Source: Psammoneis japonica
Lineage: Eukaryota
Direction: 5' to 3'
NCBI GenBank assembly: GCA_008632985.1
Contig: QPGO01000167.1
Location: forward strand, 62,001-126,000
DNA length: 64,000 nt
Positions 24,367 through 35,675 of the stretch are shown here, piece after piece. A program made the position numbers and the translations under genes. Every line of letters begins with the position of its first letter. The stretch's first letter is position 1. Below the pieces are notes generated by a model. It did no database searches. It was not told where the DNA came from and saw only the letters and a list, made by a program, of their open reading frames with translations.

Positions 24367-27300
24367 CCTTGAAAGAGGGACTAACCGTCTCGTCATCTGC
24401 CGCTGCAGTGCCTCTTTCCTCACAGATTGATGTGGATGCCACCCCTTCCACCTCCACGAAGACATCTTTTGACACCAACACGTTGCCCGACGATGACCCT
24501 GCTCCTCAAGAAGCCTCCGTTGATGCTGCTCATGTTCCGGATCCTTTGGAACAGGGGAGGGAAGACCCAGAAACACCGGTTTTTGAGGAACATGTTGATC
24601 TCACCTGTGGTGATGTGGCTGTTGAAGACGGTTTTGCTGCTGTCAATTCTGTTCGTGTTGCTCCGATCGATCCACACCAGGCAAATCACTCACCTGAGCC
24701 GGAACTGCTGCGATCCACTTGTTCTGTCAATGGGGTAAACTTTGCTCCGAATGAACGTTGTGCTCAGTTGGATGCAGGTGCCGATGTTGCGTGTGCAGGC
24801 GAGCGTGACCTCCTCCATCGCTGCCAAGACTTCACTCCATCCCATCCCTGTCCCCTTGCCGTCAACCTGGCCCTTGGCCACCAAGCTGTCCCAGTTGGAT
24901 TCGGCTGTCTTCGCATCCCTGCAGAGAACTCTGATGGCTGTGTTGAGGTCCGTGCATGCCACCACCCACAGATCCAATCTACGTTGGTTGATGAGTGACT
25001 CCTCCTTCGTCAAAATGGTTCTCGTCACACAGATTGCAATGTCGATTGCATTCTCAAGTTCCATGATCTCGGCACCTGCAAGTTTGTTGCACGACACCGA
25101 TTGCGCAAGAGTCAGGATGTTGTCATTCATGGAAAATTGATCAACGGAAAATGTTTCACTCACCCTCTCATTCTCCCGGAATCTAACGACGAACTGGATG
25201 CATCTGTCGAGCGCCTCAAGACTGCTGATCCTTCTTTTGCCGATGAGTGTGAAGCAGTCTCTGCGCACATGATTGAGACTTGTCGCACCCACCAACATGA
25301 AGCTCTTCGTGATGAACGCAAGTTGATCCCCCGTGTCTGTCAAGACATTCCTTTCGAGAAGCATGCTGAGAAGAACATTCCTGTCCAGTCTCTCAAGGCT
25401 GACACGGAACGTCTTTTATGGCATCAGCGACTTGGTCATCCGAGTGATCACTGCCTTTGTCATGCCCATGAACATGTTGATGGCGTCCCCAAGTTTGCCC
25501 ACGGAACTTCTCCTCTCAACACTTGTCCCACATGCACATGAGCCAAGCAGACGAAGGAACCTGCCGGTCCGAACACTGCTCTTGCTGCCACCCAACCATG
25601 CCAAGGCCTTGCGATTGATTTTTCCTTCTCTGGCCTGCGCTCCAAGAACTCGGAGCACACCAAGGACTGTGTTGGATTGAATGGCGAGACTTGTTGGATT
25701 GCTGTTTATGATCATAAAACGAAGCGTCTCCATGGTGCGACTTGTGTCTCCAAGGCAACCCCTTTGAATTGGATTCGCCACTTTCTGGAAGAGCACTCAC
25801 CAAAATGTCCAGACAAACATGCATTTGTGGATCAAGGAGGTGAATCACATCAGAACCCAGAAGTTGCCGACTCTTCGAGGATGACTTTCATTGTGCAATT
25901 CGTCCTGCGGGAAAAGATGCTTCAAATCAGAGTGGCCCAGTGGAATGCAGTCATTTGTCTGTTGCCAATGCCATCCGGGCGATGCCAATCGGTGCCGATT
26001 TGCCCATCAAATTCTGGCCCCATGCTTTTCATCATTTCATTCGAATCAACAACGCTTTGCCATCCCGCGGACAACCTGCTGCTCCGATTGCTCTCGCTGC
26101 TGGTCGGAAGGATGATTTCAAGAACATTCGTGCGTTTGGTTGTCGAGTGTGGGTGCGTGCGTCGAATCACCGCCCAGCGAAATTTCGGTCTGTCTCTCGC
26201 AAGGGAACATTCTCAGGCTGTCTTCCGGACACTGCCAAGAACATTCTTTGGTGTGACACTGAGACATCGCGTGTCAAGCTTGCCAAGCACATTCGCTGCG
26301 ATGAGGGCATGAATGATCTTCCCCACGACTCTCTTCCGCCGAATGTGGTTCACTTGGAACGCACTCAAGATGGCAAGGCTTTGCCTGCCAAGACTGAAGA
26401 AACCACGATGGATGAGCTCCACTTTCATGGGAATCCCTTTGCCAAGACCATCAAGCATGTGATGAAGGGACCATTTGCTGATCCCACATTTGGACTTTCC
26501 TTGGCTGCGGACAATCTCTGTCGGCGAGTGTTTGTCTCTGACACCAAGCGTGGTTCTCCTGCTGCGCGTCTTTTCTCCTCTTCGAAGGCCACCCGTGACA
26601 AGATCAAGGGTGTGTGCATCGCATCGATTGATGATCATCCTGTGTCACGGCAGAGGATGCCATCAAACGTTTTCAGCAAGTCTGTGATTCTGGCAAGACT
26701 CATTTTGAAATTGAATTCGCGCCGGAACGTCGCCTGGACTCTCAAGCCCTACAACGTGCTCTGATGGAACACAACACACATGCACCGAGTCCTGATCCTG
26801 ATGATGAGCATGTTCCGGAAATCACCAACGCCGATGTACGTGCTGTTGCTGCCATCCGCCTGCCCGACATTGATTTCTCCGAAATGGATGATGACGATGT
26901 CCCTCCACCATTCTTTGTTGATTGTGACAATGGTGTGGTCAATGTCTGTGCTGTCTCATCTCACGCTGTTGCTCCAGAGGAACAAGCCTTGGGTGCTTTC
27001 ACCCGCCATTGCCTCAAGAAGTTGGACACGTGGCCTGAATGGCATGCAGGTGAATTCAAACAACTTGACCAGTTCCATGAGTTGGGGATGTTTGGTGCAC
27101 CGATTAAACGACCCAAGGATGCTGTCGCACTTCGTCCACATTGGCAATGTGACCTCAAGCATGATGGCACATGGCACTCTCGACAGTGCTGTGATGGATC
27201 TCCCCGTGCTGCGTCGACACTACATCGACTCTGCTCGACGCACTCATCCTGTGTTGAGCAGCCTGTCCAATGCATGTTTTTTGCCCTTGCTGCGACCATG

Positions 27301-28667
27301 AGCCATCCTGTCTTTGGCAGGGATGCTCGTGATGCCTGTGCACACTCTCCACGACCGTCACACCCCGTGTGTGTTGCCACAGACAAGGCATGTGCAACCT
27401 GGTGCAAGGCTCGGTTTGGTGTTGACTTGGACAGGAGCATGGCACTCCCGATGCAACATGCACTTCAAGGACACCCAGAAGCCGGCGTGCTCTGGGAGAT
27501 GCACATCAACGGCATTTTGTCTGATGTGAATCTGCTTTTTCGCAACACTGCTCATGACAAATGCACCCACTCTGCTGCTTTTGAAGGACACAAGATCTTG
27601 CTCCTCCGTCAGGTTGATGATTTCTCTCTCGCTTGTCCTGAAGAGTCCACTGTGATCAAGATCTGTGACAAGATTGGCAAAGCTCTCCAATTGGAATCGG
27701 AAACCTCTCCGCCGTTCAAGCATCTTGGCATGATTGACGAATTCAATGGTGCAGACATTCATCAATGCAATGACTCCATTGGCATTGCTGTTCACAGCTG
27801 TGCAGATCGGGTTTGTGCCTCGCATGGTTGGTCGACACCGACGGACGAGGAACTTGACGATGACTGCAAGGCTGCGCCACTGCCTGTTGACTCTGTTCGC
27901 GAACTGTGTGATGCCATTGGCCCAGCTGAAGGAACCCCGGAGCATGCGGAACTGCAACAAGCTGCTGGTTTCGGCCACCGAACTCTTCTTGGCGAATTGT
28001 TGCATGCGTGCGTTGTCTGTCGACTGGACACTGGGTGTGCTGTCACTGCTCTATCCAAGTTCTCGACCTGTCCTGCTGTGGTTCACTGTGACGCGCTCAA
28101 AGGAATGTGCAAGTGCCTTCGACGCACTGGACATTGGGAGTTGAACTGCAGGAAGCCCACCCGAGACTCCAAACTGCCCACCTGCCCCTTCGAACGTCTC
28201 ACTCCGGACCCGACCTTACCGTCGTTCCCTTGTCCTGCGTGTGATCATCAACTCGTTGCTTTCTTGGATGCTGCTTGTGGCAATGACCTCCGCAACCATC
28301 ATTCTACGACTGGCTGTGCTTGCATGCCAGCTGGTGCTGCTGTGTCTTTTCAGTGCAAGACCCAATCGGTGGCCGCTGCGAGCTCTACGGAAGCTGAATT
28401 TTGTGCTGCTGGAACTGCTGCCAAGCATGTCCCATGCCTTCGTCACGTTCTACAAGACCCAGGCTTCCCTCAGACGGAGCCCACCCGACTGAGCGATCCC
28501 GTCACATTGAGACTCAGTTTTTTGTGATCCAAGAATGGAAGGAAGCGGGCAAGATTGTCGCGAGACATGTTCCTGGCATTGTCAACCCTGGCGATGACCT
28601 TGCCAAGGCCTTTGGCTGGGTGCCACACGCTCGCCACGCTCGACGCATGATGGGACACCACTGTTGA
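24363..28667 (+). pseudogene. Copia 1 pol
   Basis: QLDAGA protease, LWHQRLGH..C..C, VDQGGE integrase, ALQGHPEAG and RQVDDF in RT, SSTEAEF, RSRHIETQFF, NPGDDLAK RNase H. Confidence 0.9.
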
Positions 28668-29084
28668 TGTTTTTTTCCGCGGTGGCCTCCCTGCTGCGCA
28701 TTGCCCTCTTGTTTGATGGTGCATTGGGCATGGACACTTCTCGTGTCCTGTGTCTGGTCTCTCTATTTTTTCCTCACATCATCCCCATTCTTTGGTTTGA
28801 TCTGCGCTGTTCTCTGTGTTGAGACATTGCAGATCAGGGGAGGGTGTCAGCCCATCTGTGCCTGTCGCATGATGGACAGACTGGATGCGGATGATGGCTG
28901 GACCATTTGGATAGACGAGCAGATCTCTCTGAGATCTGCTTCTCACTTTCTCATCTGCTGGCACTCGTGTTGTCACAGTCCTGGCACTTCAGGGAGTCTT
29001 TCACACCTCTGTCACTGTCGACCTTCGGCATTCTGTCAAAAACCACAATTGTGAAGCATGGGGTCGGCTGTCGGTGCTTGGCCC

Positions 29085-29185
29085 TACTCCAGTAGATAGC
29101 TGGCTAGAAGTGGCTCTAGAGCAGAGCACCGGTAGAGCTCTAGAGTAGAGTGCCGGCACCGGTAGAGAGTAGAGGGCCCTACAGT
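29085..29185. repeat. CTAG/TAGAG-rich low-complexity tract
   Basis: tagatagctggctagaagtggctctagagcagagcaccggtagagctctagagtagag... Confidence 0.7.
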
Positions 29186-29456
29186 GTATTTGAAATCCAA
29201 TTTCTCCATCCAGCAAACAGTTTTATGTATCCGTTTATAAATAGAATCAATTAAAAAAGAATCCTCTGTTAGGAACACGAAAGAAGCTTCTTATTTTTCG
29301 ATGCAAGACTGATGCGATGCGAACATCACCACACGCACGATGATGTCAATCCCAAAAATAAGCACCAAAGAGCAATAGTTTGAGAGGTTGCATGTTGTTT
29401 TTGATCATCAAGCTGCATGCAATTAGTTAGAAAAACGCAAGATTCGATATTCTTCA

Positions 29457-30587
29457 ATGAACGATGAAAATACACAAACGACTGCACCAAGTAATACTGT
29501 TGAAATCAACTTGAATCAACTCGACGGGATTCGCGGCTTTGGTCTCTTTCTCATGTCGGTCGTTGTGCTATTTATCATATATTGTATGGTTTGGGTCTAT
29601 CGACACTACAACTCGAGGATTGTCAAGGCACATCAGCCCATATTTCTATTCACAATCCTGATTGGTTTGTTTCTGTGGACACTCAGCGTGATTCCCGCCA
29701 GCATTGATGACGCAGTTGCGTCGGTGGACGGCTGTACCATTGCTTGCAATGCTCGACTATGGATGGCAGAGTTTGGATTTACAATTTCCTTTGCGGCTCT
29801 CTTTTCAAAGCTCATGAGAGTCAACAAATTGTTTCATAATCCTCAATTCAGAAGAATAACGGTAAAGGTCAAGGACGTGCTGATGCCGTTTTTGGTACTG
29901 GCTTCCATCAATTTTGGTCTCTTGCTGACCTTGTCGTTGGTGGACCCGTTACAGTGGGTCCGAGAACCAATCAACAATGACCCCACGGACACCTATGGCT
30001 ACTGCAAAGAAATGGGAACCGTGGCAAGCATTTGTGTTGCACTGGTTTCCATCGTTAACTTTGTAGCATTGCTACTTTGCGTGTATCAAGCCTACCATGC
30101 TCGAAATATAAGTGAAGAATTCAGCGAGAGCAAATACTTGGCCCTTGGTTTGTACAATTGGCTTCAGCTTGCCATTATATCCATTCCCCTTTTCATTCTG
30201 ATTGATGATGATGCCGATCCTTCGTTAAGCTATTTCTTAGACGTGGCTTTTTCTCTGGCACAAGTCATGTCCATGCTACTCGCTCTGTTTCTGCCAATAT
30301 TTATGAGACAGAGGCAAATGGCACGCAACGAGAATATCAACAATGGTGGCAATGTCCGGATCACTGGGCTTTCCACTCGTGCCACTGCTGGTACGACTCA
30401 AGTATCACACGGATCTCCGCCCGAGAGCGCCGAAAGCAATGGCAGAGTCTCAACGATCTCTACTACGACTGATTCTACCAGATCCAAGGTTGAGACTTTG
30501 GAAAAGACTATTTCAGATTTAGAAAAGGCGAACCGAGATTTGAAACAAACGAATGAAAGATTAACGGAACAACTTCAAGCGTCGTAG
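29457..30587 (+). CDS. Class C (GABA-B-like, 7tm_3) G-protein-coupled receptor
   Basis: IVKAHQPIFL, C..R.W...GF...FAALFSKLMRV, ARNISEEFSESKY; seven hydrophobic segments; C-terminal coiled coil. Confidence 0.88.
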   Translation: MNDENTQTTAPSNTVEINLNQLDGIRGFGLFLMSVVVLFIIYCMVWVYRHYNSRIVKAHQPIFLFTILIGLFLWTLSVIPASIDDAVASVDGCTIACNARLWMAEFGFTISFAALFSKLMRVNKLFHNPQFRRITVKVKDVLMPFLVLASINFGLLLTLSLVDPLQWVREPINNDPTDTYGYCKEMGTVASICVALVSIVNFVALLLCVYQAYHARNISEEFSESKYLALGLYNWLQLAIISIPLFILIDDDADPSLSYFLDVAFSLAQVMSMLLALFLPIFMRQRQMARNENINNGGNVRITGLSTRATAGTTQVSHGSPPESAESNGRVSTISTTTDSTRSKVETLEKTISDLEKANRDLKQTNERLTEQLQAS

Positions 30588-30870
30588 CGTGATACGAGGT
30601 CACCAACATGGGGACGATGGTGTGCATATTATATGAGGAACAACTCAAACAAGGCTGACATGGTTCACACTCACAATGGTTGTGCAAAGAAAGGAGCCAC
30701 GATAACTGGACCGAGATTTGAAGCAAAAGAATGAAACTCTAGCAGAACAGCTTCAACCGTCGGTATAGCGGGATCCGAGGTCACCATCATGGACGAGGAA
30801 AGCAGCTCAAACGCGACCATGATTTCCACAATCACACTGGTTGAGCAAAGAAAGGAGACACAATAATTGT
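30533..30870 (+). repeat. Tandem ~180-bp duplication of the GPCR 3' end
   Basis: ccgagatttgaa..aatgaaa..gaaca.cttcaa..cgaggtcacca.catgg..gcaaagaaaggag at 30533 and again at 30710. Confidence 0.8.
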
Positions 30871-30915
30871 TCCGTACGAGAATGGTGAGAGCTCATGATT
30901 ACCCTGCTCTAGTAG

Positions 30916-32080
30916 CTAGTAGGCACCGGGACAGTCCTTTGGGAAAATGTAATTCCAATGGTATTTGTCACCAATCGGGTGCATCTCACTTTTCTTTGGG
31001 CCGTTGTATTTAAAGTATCCTTGCCACATGCCAGGTTCCAATTTGGCTGTTGTCCTCCCATCTTGGTCACAGTACTTCTTGTCGTTGCAAAGGCATTAAC
31101 TTTGCCTTGTTTATATAGTCATTGAGACGAACATCAAACGGGACATGCGATTTTGGTTTGAGCAGACGAATCAATCGTTGGATACGTTTGGATTCACACG
31201 TAGCATGTGTGTTGAGCGTAAAGGTAGTCTTCCAATAGGGCTGATCAAGAGACAGATTTCGACTTTGATCCGGAGCTAATGGAGAATTGGCAAAGCCAAA
31301 TGCACCTCTGCAAGCGTCTTGAGTAAAGGTTGTGACCGTTGAGTTGGGCAAGGAGGTTGACTGTTGAAAAAGCTAAAATGCTTGCCACCCACAAATAAAA
31401 CGTCCCAATCCAACGGAAGTTGCGGTTTCGTATTAATAATCGTTTGATACAAGCCAGGTGCGCAACTCGCATCATCTTCCAATATCAGATAGCAACAACC
31501 TGGTGAACCGTACTCGTGTTGTTGTCGTCTTGCCAGCTCTTTCCAGAGAAACCAATGAGACATGTAGCAGCCGACGGCTTTTGGGGAATCGTATCGATCA
31601 ATGTCTGCTACAGGACGTGCGAGAGTAGAGAGACGCATTCAATGGTGGTTCGCCGATTAGCTTTGCATAGTTCTCTAGATTTTCTTGCTTGAATCCATCA
31701 ACCGCTGGAAACCACGAAAAGTTGGAGAGGCCCGTGTGATTGTTTCGTTTGGCAACAATCTCTACGGTCGCGCGTTGTAAGGATATGACGTTTGTTTCTA
31801 TCGTCACCGCTGATCTAGCTCGTATTCCTCTACTTGAATACTTTGAAAGTATCGTGTCAACAGAATACTTTTCTAATTGATTCGGGTCCTTTTTTGGAAG
31901 AAACATGCTTGTAAGGTTCAGTGCAGCGAGGGACAAACCACCAATCAACGCAATTTGTAAAGATATTTTGCCAAAGCTCATGATACCGATCCGTCTTTGC
32001 TTATTTCGGTCTTTCGGCGAAAACGTTTCCTTATTTGTATCCATAGCGGTGTGTCCCCGCCGCAACAACATTGTAACCAT
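30916..32080 (-). CDS. Glycosyltransferase family 25-like protein, frameshifted in this sequence
   Basis: N-terminal TM, FPAVDG, GCYMSHWFLW, LILEDDA, DWDVLFVGG spread over several frames; error or pseudogene. Confidence 0.75.
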
Positions 32081-32259
32081 ATGGATATCCTTCTCTCTTT
32101 AAATGATTAATACTTTGGCTATCTACGTATGAAAACGAGGCACGCAACAGAATGAAAAGCTCTGCAAACCGGTTATTCACCCTCTCTCTACTCTCTACCT
32201 CTATTGCATGGCTTTCGCGCGATCGCGATAGGTCTATTATCTTCTATTGTTTTAGGAAC

Positions 32260-32638
32260 NNNNNNNNNNNNNNNNNNNNNNNNNNNNNNNNNNNNNNNNN
32301 NNNNNNNNNNNNNNNNNNNNNNNNNNNNNNNNNNNNNNNNNNNNNNNNNNNNNNNNNNNNNNNNNNNNNNNNNNNNNNNNNNNNNNNNNNNNNNNNNNNN
32401 NNNNNNNNNNNNNNNNNNNNNNNNNNNNNNNNNNNNNNNNNNNNNNNNNNNNNNNNNNNNNNNNNNNNNNNNNNNNNNNNNNNNNNNNNNNNNNNNNNNN
32501 NNNNNNNNNNNNNNNNNNNNNNNNNNNNNNNNNNNNNNNNNNNNNNNNNNNNNNNNNNNNNNNNNNNNNNNNNNNNNNNNNNNNNNNNNNNNNNNNNNNN
32601 NNNNNNNNNNNNNNNNNNNNNNNNNNNNNNNNNNNNNN
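32260..32638. other. Assembly gap (N run)
   Basis: Run of n characters. Confidence 1.
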
Positions 32639-32803
32639 ATCTGTCGCCCTCGGTTCGTTGGCATTTGTGACTACACGACCATACTTTGAGTTTATTATTT
32701 CGTTTTTTTCACACTCTTTGACCTTTCTTTCAGTTGTGAAGGATTGTGCCATCTCCTCCATTTCAGTGATTCACCTACGTAGCAGGGAGCAAATTATTAC
32801 AAG

Positions 32804-34275
32804 ATGGAATCTCTTCAGCAGAATGCTTCCTTCACACTCGGTCTCACTTTAGCTGTTACCGTCGCCACGGCTTTTGTGTCTTCTACCCTCGATCCAACCC
32901 TGCTCCCGCCCCGGGATCCAAATCCCCACCCTACTTGACTACTTTCATCCCCTTTCTTGGCCGAGCCGTCGAAATGGGTCAAGACATTCGAGCCTTCATT
33001 CTAAATACAGTAGTAGTCAATCCGTTCCTATTTTTTCGGCTACAATTGCCGGCAAACACTCGCACTTTTTGGGCCGTTCCGAGGATATTTTGTGGACCTT
33101 TTCTCATCCCCAACTAGACATGATCCCTCTTCATACAGACTTTATGGTCAATGCGGTTGGGATGAGTCGAAAGACTGTGACGTCGATCTATGCAAATCAA
33201 GAATTGGGGAAGAAACTCTTTGGGGGATTTCCGCGATTTCTAATGGCCAAGGAATCGCTAAGCGAACTGGTCAGCTCGGCACAGAAAGTTTTGGAGAGAG
33301 TGGTGGAAGAAAAGGTGGTGGTGGTGTCTGACGACGACTGGATGACCTTGTCGTTGATGGACTTTGTCCGCGAATGCATCTATTTGGCCAGCGTGGAAGC
33401 GGCTATTTCCAAAGAAATGGCCACCAACGAATGTTTGGACTTGTTGATCGCCTTTGATTCCGGTGTTCCCTTGGCCGTAGCAGGCGCTCCTGGTTGGTGT
33501 TTGCCGGGCTTTCTCAAAGCTCGAGAGGAATTGGTTCAACGTCTCGCCTCCATCAAGACCGAATCCGCGTGGCTAGCCGATCGTCGAAAAGCCTATACTG
33601 AAGCGGGATATTCGAAAACAGATATTGCTCGATCCAGCTTGTCACTCTTGTGGGCCGCCAACGGAAACTCGATTCCTTTGGTCTTTTGGGCATTGGCAAA
33701 TACCTTGATGAGTCCCAAGGCGTATGAAGCGGTGAAAAGTGAGGTGGATCAAGCAAAATCAATCAACAGAGTGGATGATCTCGATCAACTGCACAATATC
33801 AAATCCATCTTTTGGGAGACGGCTCGTATTTACTTTGGAGGCTTCAATCCACGTGTCGTAAACAAGACTTTGTCTGGAAGTCCTCGGATCAACAAAATGG
33901 TTCCTACCCAAAGGAACGACGGTCATGCCTTTTACTCGCGTCTTACACATGGACCCGTTTGTCTTTTCCAATCCCACCGAGTTTTGCCATGATCGATTTG
34001 TACCCGATAATGCCCAAGGGAAACCGCCCGTATTCTTGTCCAAGACTGGAAAGCCAGTGGCCGTCTCGCCGTTTGGTGGCGGTGCACACTATTGTCCTGG
34101 ACGAAAGTTTATTGTCTACGAGTTTACGGCCCTAGTGTCGTTATTGATTGAACAAGTGGAAATGAGACTGGTGGAGGGTCAGAAACTGCCACCCATTAAT
34201 GCCACAACAGAAGGAGTCGGGGTCAGTACACCCAAAGGCGATATCAAGATTCAGGTTCGCCGCCGTAAAAAATGA
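32804..34275 (+). CDS. Cytochrome P450, CYP7/CYP8-like, frameshifted in this sequence
   Basis: IPFLGRA, I-helix LLWAANGNSIP, ETAR (ExxR), heme motif FGGGAHYCPGR; frameshifts near 32930, 33000 and 33870. Confidence 0.88.
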
Positions 34276-34569
34276 ATCAACTCGCAAAAGATGATACGTA
34301 ACGATTAGTGTATGTTGCCGCCAGAGGAGCGTTCCTTCAAGTCCTCCACCGTCCTCAAAAAACAAAGCAACACAAAACAATCGGAACTAAGCTACAACAC
34401 ATCTTATCATGATAATATCAATGACGTGCTGGGCTTTAGTAAAGCTGTGCTATAACAAATGAGGACGCATCCTCCGCAACGTCGCCGACAACGTCGTGTT
34501 GCATCATTTTCTAGACACCCAATCGAGCGACATGGCATTTTCTAATTTCACCACGGCAGAGAACGTGAT

Positions 34570-35195
34570 TAGTATAGGGGTGAGAGTCACCCGTAGGGGC
34601 TTTCGAGTCAGAACCGGATGACGAAGAGTCACCGCCCATGGTGCTTTTAGAGGAGGAGCTACTGCGTCGTCAACTGCATGTGCCGGTTATTCGTACGGAT
34701 GCTTGGCAGGATGAGCACCTTCACTTGATAAAGAGGAATTAGAAGCGCCTCCAGACGAGCCACTGTCACCACGTGCATATCGTGCCGGCTTGTGTGAGCC
34801 TTCTTGGCATGCTCCTTGCCTGAGCCTGATGAAGAGTTAGAGGAGCTTCCACCCTCGTCTACCTTTGCATGCTTGCGAGGCTTATTGGCGGGCTTCTTCT
34901 TCTTCTTGACTGCCTTCTTGCGAGGCTTCGATGCCTTCTTGGCGGGCTACTTCTTGCGAGGCTTCTTGCCCTTCTTGTGGTGATGCTTCTTGGCGGGCTT
35001 CTTCTCTTCAGTTTTTTTTCTTCTTCGTAGACCACCACTTCCATGGGTTCTGCAGCAGGCACGGACAAGCCTCGAAGCCCGCCAGTCTTTGTGACAGCAT
35101 CAGGGCTTTCACTGTTGGGAGATTGAGAGCTCCTGCAGAAGCAGAGTGAAAGGCAAGGGAAAGCGCAAAGAGAGTGTAACCACGGAGAGCTTCAT
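34570..35195 (-). CDS. Secreted Lys-rich / Ser-Gly-rich low-complexity protein, frameshifted in this sequence
   Basis: MKLSVVTL..ALSLAFHSASA signal; KKPAKKHHKKGKKPRKK, AKKASKPRKKAVKKKKKPANKPRKHAK, GGSSSNSSSGSGK, GDSSSSGSDSK read across frames. Confidence 0.55.
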
Positions 35196-35675
35196 GATTG
35201 CAAAGAATGTGAATTTGTGAGAAGCTAATGTGAGAAAAATGTGAGACGGGACCAGAATGGAAGATTTCTGACATTTCCGATCCCCTTGTTGGTGTGCGAA
35301 TAGTGACGGCAAAAACGAAAAAGAAAAAGTGCTCCGCCATGGTCATCCTCGTCCGATCTCGAATGTTCTTTCTGTCACCAGGAAAGTCACAAATGTTAAA
35401 TAGTTTTCAAAATTAGAAAATATCAAACTCCCAAAACTATCTGATTGTTAAATGAGAAAACAATTATATATTGCCCTTTTCTACTACAATTAACAACGGG
35501 CGGGTGTGAACAGTATGAGTGATCCGTTTCCTTGCCACTTTTTCAAATCTTTGCAGCTGTCCTCTGAGTCTTGTGGACTCAGAATCAAGAAAGCCTTGTT
35601 TGCTGAAATCGGCCGTTGGAGTGTCAGAATGTGTCAGTCACTGCGTTTTGAATCGCAGTCATTTTTCCATCAAAA

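Larger units (their letters stand above)
21878..29038 (+). mobile_element. Ty1/Copia LTR retrotransposon 1 (diatom CoDi-like), full length but decayed
   Basis: LTRs 21878-22074 and 28845-29038 (TG..CA), 5-bp TSD AAAAC, PBS-like ggttgtggcc, PPT aggggaggg, order gag-PR-IN-RT-RH. Confidence 0.95.

Noticed and set aside
27600..27625. RT motif RQVDD as a product of the mutator
   Set aside because: CAG is not reachable from TAY by TA->CA/TG alone; more likely a native variant of this Copia lineage
26764..28527. Alternative genetic code or genuine Cys/His-rich metal-binding proteins
   Set aside because: Neighbouring host genes use Tyr normally, and the same changes occur in non-coding LTRs and an intron
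32152..32761. ORFs spanning the N run
   Set aside because: Artefacts of the assembly gap
34800..35068. Lys-rich reading frame as histone H1/H2B, or the Arg/Ser-rich frame as an SR protein
   Set aside because: No histone fold or RRM; an upstream signal peptide favours a secreted protein
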